Shown: piece after piece, positions 10,543 to 18,609 of the stretch
Position numbering within the stretch: the stretch's first letter is position 1
Layout of the letters: each line of letters begins with the position of its first letter
Virus record (IMG/VR): IMGVR_UViG_3300020468_000003
Location: 41,045-105,044 of that record
Length of the DNA: 64,000 nt
DNA from: a virus
Reading direction: 5' to 3' (one strand)
Translations under genes and position numbers: made by a program
Notes under the pieces: model-generated
Told to the model about the DNA's origin: nothing
Seen by the model: the letters and a program-made list of their open reading frames with translations, nothing else
Databases searched by the model: none

Positions 10543-10719
10543 TTAATCTTTGTCTGTATATTCTCCTTCTACAACTCTATTACCGTTAAGAGCATACCAG
10601 ACTAACTGAGCATGTCCGAACTGTTGTGCCATGTCGTAACATAGGTCGAATCCGAAGTCATTTGTAACTTCTTCTTTAATATCTGTATTTGGAACTTCGA
10701 TGAATTTTTGAATGAACAT
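10543..10719 (-). CDS. Early hypothetical protein (58 aa)
   Basis: Hand translation MFIQKFIEVPNTDIKEEVTNDFGFDLCYDMAQQFGHAQLVWYALNGNRVVEGEYTDKD, downstream of a promoter module. Confidence 0.7.
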   Translation of the reverse strand: MFIQKFIEVPNTDIKEEVTNDFGFDLCYDMAQQFGHAQLVWYALNGNRVVEGEYTDKD

Positions 10720-10823
10720 AATTTTTAAATTTGTTTTGAACTTTGTTTATACTTCTATTATAAACAATTTTTTGTCTCTTTTGGGAAAATAGTGGACAGT
10801 TTGTTCGACTGTCCACTACTGGT

Positions 10824-11114
10824 CTATCTTAGGTGTGCGTAGTTTCCTGCGGGATGTGGATTTGATTTAGTGTAACCAAATGAACTGAAAAACTGATCAA
10901 GTAGTTTGTAATCTAATTCCTGATTGAGTTCCCATTCCATTCTGCCATTCTTCTCAATCCTTTTACCAGAGTAAAGTTCAACTTTGGCGATTGCTTGTAC
11001 TCCCCATTCTTGAATCTCATCAACGAAAGTTGAGAAGTCTTCGCATAATTCTGCTACGTCGTTAAAGTTGTCTACTTCTCTGATTCTGTTGATTAGTCTT
11101 TCTGTTTGATTCAT
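10824..11114 (-). CDS. Early hypothetical protein
   Basis: 96-aa ORF with AGGAG RBS, behind a promoter module. Confidence 0.75.
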   Translation of the reverse strand: MNQTERLINRIREVDNFNDVAELCEDFSTFVDEIQEWGVQAIAKVELYSGKRIEKNGRMEWELNQELDYKLLDQFFSSFGYTKSNPHPAGNYAHLR

Positions 11115-11189
11115 GGATGGATCTCCTTTTGTTTATACTACTATTATAAACACTATTCCCCCAGAAAAGGGGGTTTAGTGTGCACTTTG

Positions 11190-11372
11190 TTAACTGTCTA
11201 CTTGAGAGCATGCATAATCCCAAGGTGCGGGTTCGCATATTTTTTCAATCAGTGTGTCAAAGTCATTTTCTGATTCTGCGTCAACCCATCCATTCTCTAT
11301 AAAAAATTGTCCCATTTTTACGAGGACTGATTCCTCTGCTTCAGTCATTGTCAATTCACGTTCCCATTTCAT
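11190..11372 (-). CDS. Early hypothetical protein
   Basis: 60-aa acidic ORF; stop lies within the palindrome. Confidence 0.7.
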   Translation of the reverse strand: MKWERELTMTEAEESVLVKMGQFFIENGWVDAESENDFDTLIEKICEPAPWDYACSQVDS

Positions 11373-11533
11373 GATTCAATCTCCAAAGAATTAATAAAGT
11401 TTGTACAATAACGATTAAATCGTGTAAGAGATTCAAACGGTATTTGGTCGTCTTCTTCACCGACGTAGTAAAAAAGTTTGTTAATGTCGCTCTGAAAAGT
11501 CTCCAGAGCGATTTCGTTTTTAGTGTAACTCAT
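11369..11533 (-). CDS. Early hypothetical protein (54 aa)
   Basis: Hand translation MSYTKNEIALETFQSDINKLFYYVGEEDDQIPFESLTRFNRYCTNFINSLEIES; ATGA overlaps on both sides. Confidence 0.7.
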   Translation of the reverse strand: MSYTKNEIALETFQSDINKLFYYVGEEDDQIPFESLTRFNRYCTNFINSLEIES

Positions 11534-11748
11534 ACCAGTGAATCCAGTCTGGACTGTGGAATTTCTTTTCCATCTCTAGCACCCCACTTGTTGATATGGC
11601 GTGAAGTTGTTACTGACCAAAACTGCTCTGTTTTTACGAATCCTTCACCGAAGATGTAAGCAGCAACAGGTGTGCGGTATGAAAACAAAATTCTTGCTTC
11701 TTTTGTTTCAACCTCGGTCATGTTTGATGCGATTGGTGTGAGTTGCAT
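11530..11748 (-). CDS. Conserved small phage early protein
   Basis: LFSY.TPVAA...S.TTSRHINKW motif; AGGAG RBS. Confidence 0.8.
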   Translation of the reverse strand: MQLTPIASNMTEVETKEARILFSYRTPVAAYIFGEGFVKTEQFWSVTTSRHINKWGARDGKEIPQSRLDSLV

Positions 11749-11787
11749 TGATGCTCCTTTTTGTGTATATGTTTATTATAATAGAAA

Positions 11788-11807
11788 ACCCCCAGTGAAT
11801 GGGGGTT
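11788..11807 (-). terminator. Intrinsic terminator embedded in a promoter module (representative copy)
   Basis: Minus strand AACCCCCA-TTCAC-TGGGGGTT followed by a T run. Confidence 0.7.
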
Positions 11808-11829
11808 GAGTGGACACTTATTTAACTGT

Positions 11830-11988
11830 CTACTTGAGACCTGCTAATAATTCATCATTCTTTCTTCTGAGTTCTTTTAACTCCGCACGATTAAAACGAC
11901 GATAATCAATTTCGGTTGCAATTGCCATGCCTACCGTATATAATGCATAGCAGCCGCCAACTAATATTAAAAGTTCAATTCCTGTCAT
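11830..11988 (-). CDS. Small membrane-anchored early protein (start MTGIELL)
   Basis: N-terminal hydrophobic helix; GGAGG RBS before ATG 11988. Confidence 0.65.
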   Translation of the reverse strand: MTGIELLILVGGCYALYTVGMAIATEIDYRRFNRAELKELRRKNDELLAGLK

Positions 11989-12056
11989 TTTTGGGTTCCT
12001 CCTTGGGAAGTTGTTGTTGTTTGTAATTTTTAAGAAGTTCTGCGTAAACTTCTGGA

Positions 12057-12341
12057 TCAAGCGGTTGCATAAGACCTCCCGAATCTTTCGGCATAATATC
12101 CGATATTTACATAGTCCCTTTTAAGGGTGCATATCTGGGTAATGTCTGCCAGTGCTAAAAGATGGTCGGGTGTGTAAACTGATGGATCGTCCCATTCAGA
12201 AACCGCAACTGCATTTTCAACGTCCATAGTTGTACGTCCGAGTTCGTCCGTAACTGCGGGACAACTCATAAGAAGTCCATCTTCAGCAATCCAGAATCCC
12301 ATTCCGAAAGAGTGTGAGTAATGAATTTCAGGTTTTGGCAT
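12057..12341 (-). CDS. Early hypothetical protein (start MPKPE)
   Basis: GGAGG RBS before ATG 12341, downstream of the -10 box. Confidence 0.7.
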   Translation of the reverse strand: MPKPEIHYSHSFGMGFWIAEDGLLMSCPAVTDELGRTTMDVENAVAVSEWDDPSVYTPDHLLALADITQICTLKRDYVNIGYYAERFGRSYATA

Positions 12342-12406
12342 TTGCCTCCGTGTGTATGTCTTAATTATAGTACCCATTAACAACGAATGGGAAAGTAGTG
12401 GACACT

Positions 12407-13333
12407 TTAACCAACTGGCACAAAGCGACCACTATTAAAATTTGCGTATGAGAAAATATGTCTATAAACTAATTTGTGCATACCGAACTTATTCGTCATT
12501 ACGAATCCTTCGCCTATGTGCTTGTCATAACCTAAGTATGCTTGAACTGGATCGCTGTGAGTCAATCTGCTCATAACGTCCGCTTTAGTTTCTTGAACTA
12601 ACTTCCAGTAGTTTATCAACCTTCCATGAATCCCGTAGTTAACGGGATCCACTTCTTTCCCTTCCCTATAGTCTTTATTTATTTGTTTCTTTAACTCTTT
12701 AGCGGTTTTATTATCTACGAACTGGATCCCCTTCGCCATATGTCTAATGAAATCAATAGACGGTTTTAAGTTAGATATTGGATCGTTTTCTCTCTCCTTG
12801 ACTTCTGCTCTGATGAATAAACAGTCGTCCATCTTTTCCCAGTTGTAATAATATGGAAAAGATTTCATAGGGTGTGCTTCAGCATTTGCAAGATTGTCTG
12901 TGCACTGTGTGGTGATGTATTGCGTGTGAGGTGCAATAATGATCTTTTGATCTACCACGTCAGGGAATTTATATGTTAAGGTATTAGGTTTGTATTCATC
13001 AGAACCACCAAAACCAATAAAGTCCCCCTGAAAAACCATATAACCTAGATGGTGTGGTATGTGGTCGAAACACGCATGAAGAATTTTTGCAACTTCTCCT
13101 GTGTGATTTGCGTCAATATCCTTGTGTGAGTAATTGATCTTGATTTTGATCTTGTTAAAGACGCTTTTAGTACCCACGAAAAATCTGTGAGTCTTTGGAT
13201 GATTACCCCATACAACTGCGGGTGCACCATCATATTTTAATGAGATGTTCCCACCACCAGTAAACCAATCTAGCACGGATAAATCCCCTGTTAGGATTGT
13301 GTCTTCTGGATGTTCTAGGTGTGTGTTTTTCAT
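12407..13333 (-). CDS. Conserved cyanophage early protein with ligase-like KxDG motif (DUF6267-like)
   Basis: HLEHPED, KYDGAPAVVWG, FQGDF and EGFV motifs resembling covalent nucleotidyltransferase motifs. Confidence 0.7.
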   Translation of the reverse strand: MKNTHLEHPEDTILTGDLSVLDWFTGGGNISLKYDGAPAVVWGNHPKTHRFFVGTKSVFNKIKIKINYSHKDIDANHTGEVAKILHACFDHIPHHLGYMVFQGDFIGFGGSDEYKPNTLTYKFPDVVDQKIIIAPHTQYITTQCTDNLANAEAHPMKSFPYYYNWEKMDDCLFIRAEVKERENDPISNLKPSIDFIRHMAKGIQFVDNKTAKELKKQINKDYREGKEVDPVNYGIHGRLINYWKLVQETKADVMSRLTHSDPVQAYLGYDKHIGEGFVMTNKFGMHKLVYRHIFSYANFNSGRFVPVG

Positions 13334-13387
13334 ACCTTTATTATAACGAATAAAAGACCCTCTGTGTAGAGGGTGTGTGACACTTAA

Positions 13388-13570
13388 TTAACTGTCATAA
13401 TCCGAGCCATCATATTCGCCTTCATAGTTATCATCGTAAATACGAACGGCTAACTCCGCATCTTGGCTTAATTTAATCCCTGCTCTATCAAGTGCTTCCC
13501 AAATCTTGTTAGAAATGTGGCTGTGTTCGTCTTCGGGGATATGTTGAAAAAGGTTTAAGTAGTTTTCCAT
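13388..13570 (-). CDS. Early hypothetical protein
   Basis: 60-aa ORF coupled to upstream gene. Confidence 0.7.
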   Translation of the reverse strand: MENYLNLFQHIPEDEHSHISNKIWEALDRAGIKLSQDAELAVRIYDDNYEGEYDGSDYDS

Positions 13571-13845
13571 TAGAATTGCTCCCTCCTATCGTGGATAAAT
13601 TCTTGCAATTCTTCATACGCACCTTCTTGATCTAATACCATAGGTGCAAGAAATTCATACAAGTTTTCATCATAATCATCAATCTCATCTCTGATTTCAT
13701 CCTCCGTGCATCTGTTCAATTCGGCAAGATAAGTTGTACGAATCCAGTCTGCCATTTGTTCGGTGTTCATATCGTTGATATAAAATTCAACGAATTCTTC
13801 CCTTAAGTCTTGGATTTGCTCTGCTGAAAATAATGATGTAATCAT
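13570..13845 (-). CDS. Acidic early protein, paralog family A
   Basis: LREEFVEFYINDMNTEQMADWI similar to 13842..14087 and 15148..15390. Confidence 0.7.
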   Translation of the reverse strand: MITSLFSAEQIQDLREEFVEFYINDMNTEQMADWIRTTYLAELNRCTEDEIRDEIDDYDENLYEFLAPMVLDQEGAYEELQEFIHDRREQF

Positions 13846-14087
13846 AGTTCTAAAAGTTTTAAATTGAATGGTTTTAATTTATCATCGAAGAAATCTTCTC
13901 CTCCGAAATCTATCATTTCCCCGAATGCACCCTCTTGCCCATCAACAATTTTAATATTTTCAAGGTTGTGGTGTAGATTGTCTCTTACATATTCTCTGAG
14001 TTGATTAACTTCCATATCTTCTACGAAGTCGTTAACCCAACTACGAACCAACTCATCATATTTGGACTGTACCAGTTCTAACTTCAT
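13842..14087 (-). CDS. Acidic early protein, paralog family A
   Basis: LVRSWVNDFVEDMEVNQLREYV. Confidence 0.7.
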   Translation of the reverse strand: MKLELVQSKYDELVRSWVNDFVEDMEVNQLREYVRDNLHHNLENIKIVDGQEGAFGEMIDFGGEDFFDDKLKPFNLKLLEL

Positions 14088-14302
14088 GCTACCAACCCCT
14101 CTAGAACTAATTGTTGCTGTGGAATTTCTTCTTCTTTGATTTCTACAGTTTCATAATCGAATTCTTCCCAATCAAAATCATAGTAATCCCAACCATTTTC
14201 TGCTTCCTCTTTGGCTTCTTCAAGACTACTTGCCTTAACTGTAAAGTACTCCATCTTAGTACATTTACGAGTTACATAAAACTCATGTTCATAAGGTTTC
14301 AT
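14084..14302 (-). CDS. Early hypothetical protein
   Basis: F.VKASSLEEAKE.A motif common in small phage proteins. Confidence 0.7.
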   Translation of the reverse strand: MKPYEHEFYVTRKCTKMEYFTVKASSLEEAKEEAENGWDYYDFDWEEFDYETVEIKEEEIPQQQLVLEGLVA

Positions 14303-14445
14303 TAGAACTGCCTCCAGTGGTAAGAATTTTCTCCGTTAATCTGTTTGATTAACGCATCTGCCTTTGCCTGATCTTCTTTTAGGAAGTCGTCTGCAAATTT
14401 GATCAAGTCTAATAGTCCTTGAACATCTTTGTTTTTGTTGTCCAT
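14302..14445 (-). CDS. Early hypothetical protein (47 aa)
   Basis: Hand translation MDNKNKDVQGLLDLIKFADDFLKEDQAKADALIKQINGENSYHWRQF; TAATG coupling to next gene. Confidence 0.7.
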   Translation of the reverse strand: MDNKNKDVQGLLDLIKFADDFLKEDQAKADALIKQINGENSYHWRQF

Positions 14446-14514
14446 GTAGAACCCCTTGTGTATGTCTTAATTATAGTACCCATTAAATACGAATGGGAAA
14501 AAAGTGGACAGTTG

Positions 14515-14955
14515 TTAAACTGTCCTAGTTGTCTTTGGGATTTCTACGGGTTTCGTGTAGAATCCTGTAATCTTCCATGTCTCGTCGTCATGTGTGATGT
14601 CTGTTTCATACGCATGCCATTTACCTTTCAAGAAGATGTAAAGGAATTCGGAACCGCAGTCAATTTGTGCCAGTTCATCAAGATTTTTTGATAGGACTGG
14701 TCCCTCATCTTTCCCACCATAATATTCAACGTGACCTTCGCAATCCTCGAACTCTTCGGTTTCCTTGTTATACTTGCTTGTAGAAAAGCACGAAGACATA
14801 TTGCCACCGTCGATGAGTTCGCGAACTGTCTCATCTGTGTTGTAGTGCTCTTCAAGAGTTACACCCAACCATTCAGGATATCCATCCCAGTGATGATAAA
14901 CAGAAAGAATGGAATCATCTTGTAATACATAACCAATTCGTGAACGTGTTGACAT
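14515..14955 (-). CDS. Conserved phage hypothetical protein
   Basis: MSTRSRIG...SVYHHWDGYPEWLG..L..HY family signature. Confidence 0.8.
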   Translation of the reverse strand: MSTRSRIGYVLQDDSILSVYHHWDGYPEWLGVTLEEHYNTDETVRELIDGGNMSSCFSTSKYNKETEEFEDCEGHVEYYGGKDEGPVLSKNLDELAQIDCGSEFLYIFLKGKWHAYETDITHDDETWKITGFYTKPVEIPKTTRTV

Positions 14956-14976
14956 AATGTTTTTAAAAAATGGATT

Positions 14977-15095
14977 GTAGAGGTACTTGCACCAGAGTAA
15001 TTAACTACTGGGGTCGATCTCGACATTTCAAGAGTGGGACTAAGATGCATCTGCCCTGTTAAGGTGTCTCCCGCTTCACTATCTCTGCCCTCTAC
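14977..15095 (-). ncRNA. Candidate structured 5' leader RNA (copy 1)
   Basis: Closing stem GTAGAGG/CCTCTAC begins at the predicted TSS; internal hairpins; shares motifs with 29972-30049. Confidence 0.5.
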
Positions 15096-15147
15096 TCTTA
15101 TATAATAAACGATTTTGAGTCGTTTTCAATAAAAAGTGGACACTTAT

Positions 15148-15390
15148 TTAACTGTCCACTCTTGATTTTTTGAAGTCGCATTTCATGTAGTCTTGGACTT
15201 CATCAATAACTTCACCGAAGTAATCACCCCAATAATCCTTCGCATCATTTAGAAATTCATCGTCAGTTTGACCATCAACATATTTGTCCATGTCGTTGTG
15301 AACATACTCAACTAAATCTTTAGTGTCCATGTTATCAACATATCTCTCAACAAAGAAAGATTTGAGCTCATTAATTAAGGCTTTGTCCAT
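15148..15390 (-). CDS. Acidic early protein, paralog family A (start MDKAL)
   Basis: LKSFFVERYVDNMDTKDLVEYV; GGAGG RBS. Confidence 0.75.
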   Translation of the reverse strand: MDKALINELKSFFVERYVDNMDTKDLVEYVHNDMDKYVDGQTDDEFLNDAKDYWGDYFGEVIDEVQDYMKCDFKKSRVDS

Positions 15391-15539
15391 TATCCCATTT
15401 CCTCCAATATTTGCTGTGCACGAACTCCTGCAACATACTGAGCATCTTCGCAATGTGGATCTAATCCTGCTTCTTCAATCTGTAATAGTAGATCTTCAAA
15501 GATTCCTTCTAGTAGTTCTTCGTTTGCTAGGCAACTCAT
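15390..15539 (-). CDS. Early hypothetical protein (start MSCLANEE)
   Basis: AGGAG RBS before ATG 15539, downstream of the -10 box. Confidence 0.7.
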   Translation of the reverse strand: MSCLANEELLEGIFEDLLLQIEEAGLDPHCEDAQYVAGVRAQQILEEMG

Positions 15540-15621
15540 TTTGATCTCCTTTGTTTGTATATTATTATTATAAGTCCCCACTCTTACGAATGGGGATTTA
15601 GTGGACACTTTTTAAACTGTC

Positions 15622-16086
15622 CTATAAGTACCCTGCAGATTCACATCCTGGTTCATCATAGAACCACTGGATCGAAACTTTTTTATATTGTCGTTTCAGT
15701 TCAGAGGCAACGTCTTCGGGTGGAGCCCATGCTGTGTCGAAATGGATCTGGAAATAATCCTCTTCGTCGTCTCCCCATTCGACTGCATCCTTACGAATGT
15801 CCCATTTAGTTCCCCAGTTATGAACATTCCAGTCGTACCATCTGTCATCATTTTTTCCATCTGGGAAGTAATAGGATTCATAGATGAGTTTGCCATCCTT
15901 ATTAAATTCCTGCCTTAGAGATGGTAATTCACCTTTATCATTCGGCATTTTTTTCCAGTCTGGTGGTGGAATGATCTTGGCGAATGGATTGTCTTGAGAG
16001 AAAATTTCTCTGATCTCATTGATCTCTTGAACACTTTCTTCATCCCATCCAGATACTGTTACTCGGTTACTGCACCAATTTGGCAT
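15622..16086 (-). CDS. DUF1281/YubB ferredoxin-like domain protein
   Basis: MPNWCSN, WYDWNVHNWGTKWD, FDTAWAPP and EPG motifs. Confidence 0.85.
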   Translation of the reverse strand: MPNWCSNRVTVSGWDEESVQEINEIREIFSQDNPFAKIIPPPDWKKMPNDKGELPSLRQEFNKDGKLIYESYYFPDGKNDDRWYDWNVHNWGTKWDIRKDAVEWGDDEEDYFQIHFDTAWAPPEDVASELKRQYKKVSIQWFYDEPGCESAGYL

Positions 16087-16316
16087 TAGTTTAACCTCCA
16101 GTCAATCTTAAGGTATTCTGGATCAGCATAGTTCATCAACTGTTCTGGTTCCATGTCGAATATGAATTCTTCCATGAAATATTGAACTGAGAAGTTCCCT
16201 AATTCTTCAGCACAACGAAAGACCATTCCGATCTGTTCATTGTTTAGACCTAGAACATCAATACAGTAAGAGATGTCCTTTTCAAGATCTGAAATTCTTT
16301 TGGAAGATTTTTTCAT
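16086..16316 (-). CDS. Early hypothetical protein
   Basis: 76-aa ORF behind a promoter module. Confidence 0.7.
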   Translation of the reverse strand: MKKSSKRISDLEKDISYCIDVLGLNNEQIGMVFRCAEELGNFSVQYFMEEFIFDMEPEQLMNYADPEYLKIDWRLN

Positions 16317-16396
16317 AAAAACCCTGTTTGTGTATGTTCTTATTATAAAGGCAAAAGGGGGTCATGTAACCCCCTAGTGGACACTTTTTTAACTGT

Positions 16397-16900
16397 CTAC
16401 CTTAAGTAAAGATATCCTCCTGCCCAATCTACGAAGTTTGGATCTAATAATTTTTGTAGATCCTTTGGTTCGCAAAATGAGAATCTAACGTGCTTTGTAT
16501 GCGGTGCCTTCCATGATGCGGGTTTGTATACGTTACCTAGGATCGATGGATCCTTTCCTACGAATGCATGAACGCTACCGTCGCGATATTCATTCCTATC
16601 TTGAAAAGTGTCGAACTCTTCTTGAATGATTTTGTAATACTTCCTGCCTACCTCATAACGAAATCTCATTAGATTCGCAGTCCCGTCTTTCATCGCGTCT
16701 AACTGTTGTTTCGCATAACTTGAAAGATCTTCGCGCTCTAACTCTAGATTTCTTGTTAAGGACCTCTTGTGGTAGATGCGATAATTCTCAGTAATTGCTC
16801 TACAATAATCTTTTATGTAAGATAAAAGAAACGTTTGATCCGTTTGCTTTACTGATTTTCCAATGATAAAATCATTTTTGGATCCAATTACTTGTTGCAT
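16397..16900 (-). CDS. Conserved cyanophage early protein (start MQQVIG)
   Basis: GRKYYKI...SVHAFV...G.VYKPASWKAP..HVRF...DWAGGYLY; start moved because the longer ORF reads through a promoter module. Confidence 0.8.
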   Translation of the reverse strand: MQQVIGSKNDFIIGKSVKQTDQTFLLSYIKDYCRAITENYRIYHKRSLTRNLELEREDLSSYAKQQLDAMKDGTANLMRFRYEVGRKYYKIIQEEFDTFQDRNEYRDGSVHAFVGKDPSILGNVYKPASWKAPHTKHVRFSFCEPKDLQKLLDPNFVDWAGGYLYLR

Positions 16901-16977
16901 AAGATTTGTGTATGTAATACTAGTATAAAGTCCCCGCGCATGTAATGCTACGAAGGTTGTGCCACTATTTAAAGTGT

Positions 16978-17202
16978 CTACCACATGTCATCTGGTGTGT
17001 CATATGATGTAAAATCAGTCAGCCGTTTTTCTTCTCCTGCTTCTAGAGGTACCGAGAAGTTAATTTCAAACTCGTCGCTGTAATCTTTATAGTTGGTGAT
17101 TTCCACGGGACATTCATTCAACCATTCTTGAAACATCTCATATTTTGTTTTACGTGGTTTCTTACGCATTTCGTCGTACATTGCCTGTTGATAAGTTTTC
17201 AT
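16978..17202 (-). CDS. Early hypothetical protein
   Basis: 74-aa ORF, F.EWLNECP motif. Confidence 0.7.
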   Translation of the reverse strand: MKTYQQAMYDEMRKKPRKTKYEMFQEWLNECPVEITNYKDYSDEFEINFSVPLEAGEEKRLTDFTSYDTPDDMW

Positions 17203-17405
17203 TTAAGTTGTACCTCGTAGTCAATAAATTTGATGCACCATCCTGCTGATGCTGTGATCTCTTCAATAAGATCGTCTTCATCATCCGCGTCCCAAACACC
17301 GAGTGCGAGATCCCGCAATTCGATTTCCTCATCGAATGTGAGTTTGAATCCGTTGGCATAATCGTCATCGTAATCAAACTCAATTTCTGTTACGTTAAAT
17401 TTCAT
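17199..17405 (-). CDS. Conserved small acidic early protein
   Basis: IEFD.DD...W.ADDEDDL.EEIT...GWCIK.IDY. Confidence 0.75.
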   Translation of the reverse strand: MKFNVTEIEFDYDDDYANGFKLTFDEEIELRDLALGVWDADDEDDLIEEITASAGWCIKFIDYEVQLK

Positions 17406-17539
17406 CTCGTAATGATTTCCTGTAACGATGCAAGATCATCCCAAGTTTCATCATCTTCTTGAATGAATGGACAGTCCATTGCTCTGTCGAGTGCAGTACT
17501 GAAGCGATCTAGTTGCTCATCAGTAAGTTTGAAGTTCAT
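17402..17539 (-). CDS. Early hypothetical protein (45 aa)
   Basis: Hand translation MNFKLTDEQLDRFSTALDRAMDCPFIQEDDETWDDLASLQEIITR; GGAG RBS. Confidence 0.7.
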   Translation of the reverse strand: MNFKLTDEQLDRFSTALDRAMDCPFIQEDDETWDDLASLQEIITR

Positions 17540-17607
17540 AGAAATCTCCGTGTATAAACTCATTATAGACAAAAAAATCCCCCTTGCGGGGGACTAGTGG
17601 ACAGTTT

Positions 17608-17853
17608 CTAGACTGGCATAGGCAATCCATAACTGATATGATACATATCCATCATATAATCTCTTACTCTCTCCCGATCAAGGGAATCTCCATCTCCCCA
17701 CGTAACCTTAAATTCAGCAAGCGGGTCGCTGCAGTCATCAAGATATTTGAGCGTTGCATATGCGATTTGCTCTTTAGAGACGTTGAGGGGATACAACCCA
17801 CCTTGCCCGTAGAATGAAAACACATAATCGATGAACTCCTGAAAATTGTGCAT
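17608..17853 (-). CDS. Conserved early protein (first gene of the early island)
   Basis: F.DYV.SFYG.GGLYP...GDS.DRERVRD motif. Confidence 0.8.
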   Translation of the reverse strand: MHNFQEFIDYVFSFYGQGGLYPLNVSKEQIAYATLKYLDDCSDPLAEFKVTWGDGDSLDRERVRDYMMDMYHISYGLPMPV

Positions 17854-18263
17854 GAGATGTTTTTGTATGTATCTTTATCTTATCAGTTCCTGTAGCAATT
17901 GGTCATACTATGTGACACTAATATTTCTGGCACACTGGCTGATGCATTCGAGCTCGATTTCTCTTATAATAAATTTATAAACAAAAAAAGAGCGGAAGTA
18001 CGCTCTCTAAAATCTTCGCCACTCCCCCTGCCTTATAATATCTCTGTGTTCCTTTCCTGATATCCAATTCTCGTACTGGCACACTCGCTGTTGCCTTCCC
18101 TTTAAAATATGTTACACTTCCTCGAACAAACCATACAAAGGTATGTATATAAAACCAAAATTTAAACTGTCACATTGTGCCAATCTAGATGCGTCACATG
18201 TCGTATAATGTATTACATGCATGAATCTCGATGTGTATCATATGTTACTAGTACATGCGTATC

Positions 18264-18609
18264 CTCGTCGAGATGTGTGCCCCTGCTCATATGTGTGTAT
18301 GATATGTGCAGGCTCGTCGAGATACATGTGCGCAAGCTCGTCTAGATGCATGCGTTCATGTGTGCGAGCTCGTCGAGATTATGCATAATGATAGATGGAT
18401 AGCTCGTAGAAATCCTGATTGTTGTCTCGTCGAGAGTTATATTCCTCGTCGAGATCTAAGTCTTGTGTATAAGACTGTGTACTCTCGTCGAGATCGTCAC
18501 CTGTTTCATAGTCGAGATCGTACCAGTCTGCGCAGTCTTCGTACATAGTCGAGATGAATAGAATACTTATAGTATAACACATATCTCGACTAGAGGCAAG
18601 CTCGTCGAG
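18264..18609. repeat. Iteron-like array of the interrupted palindrome CTCGTCGAG
   Basis: Perfect copies at 18264, 18313, 18369, 18426, 18445, 18484, 18601; variants at 18337, 18403, 18508, 18545, 18585. Confidence 0.9.
18379..18546 (-). CDS. Small acidic ORF overlapping the repeat array (start MYEDC)
   Basis: 55 aa, Asp/Tyr rich; upstream TGT-TATACT -10-like box near 18571-18579. Confidence 0.45.
   Translation of the reverse strand: MYEDCADWYDLDYETGDDLDESTQSYTQDLDLDEEYNSRRDNNQDFYELSIYHYA

Larger units (their letters stand above)
10757..17933 (-). repeat. Dispersed array of 12 early-promoter modules (palindrome + -10 box, many with an intervening terminator hairpin)
   Basis: Plus-strand pattern ATTATA-N28-30-GTGGACA(C/G)TT-N3-5-AACTG(T/G)C, with variants, at 10757-10818, 11143-11200, 11775-11833, 12364-12421, 13340-13398, 14470-14525, 15102-15159, 15567-15622, 16342-16400, 16922-16981, 17562-17619, 17877-17933. 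Confidence 0.9.

Noticed and set aside
14977-15095. Assignment to twister, hammerhead, SAM-I or c-di-GMP-I RNA
   Set aside because: Only fragmentary resemblance (e.g. GGUGCAAGUACC); the required conserved cores are not all present.
10757-17933. True integron with attC sites
   Set aside because: No tyrosine recombinase in the window and no consistent RYYYAAC/GTTRRRY attC structure; fixed spacing to -10 boxes points to promoter function.
18264-18609. CRISPR-like array
   Set aside because: Repeats are only 9-11 bp with irregular spacing, and there are no cas genes.
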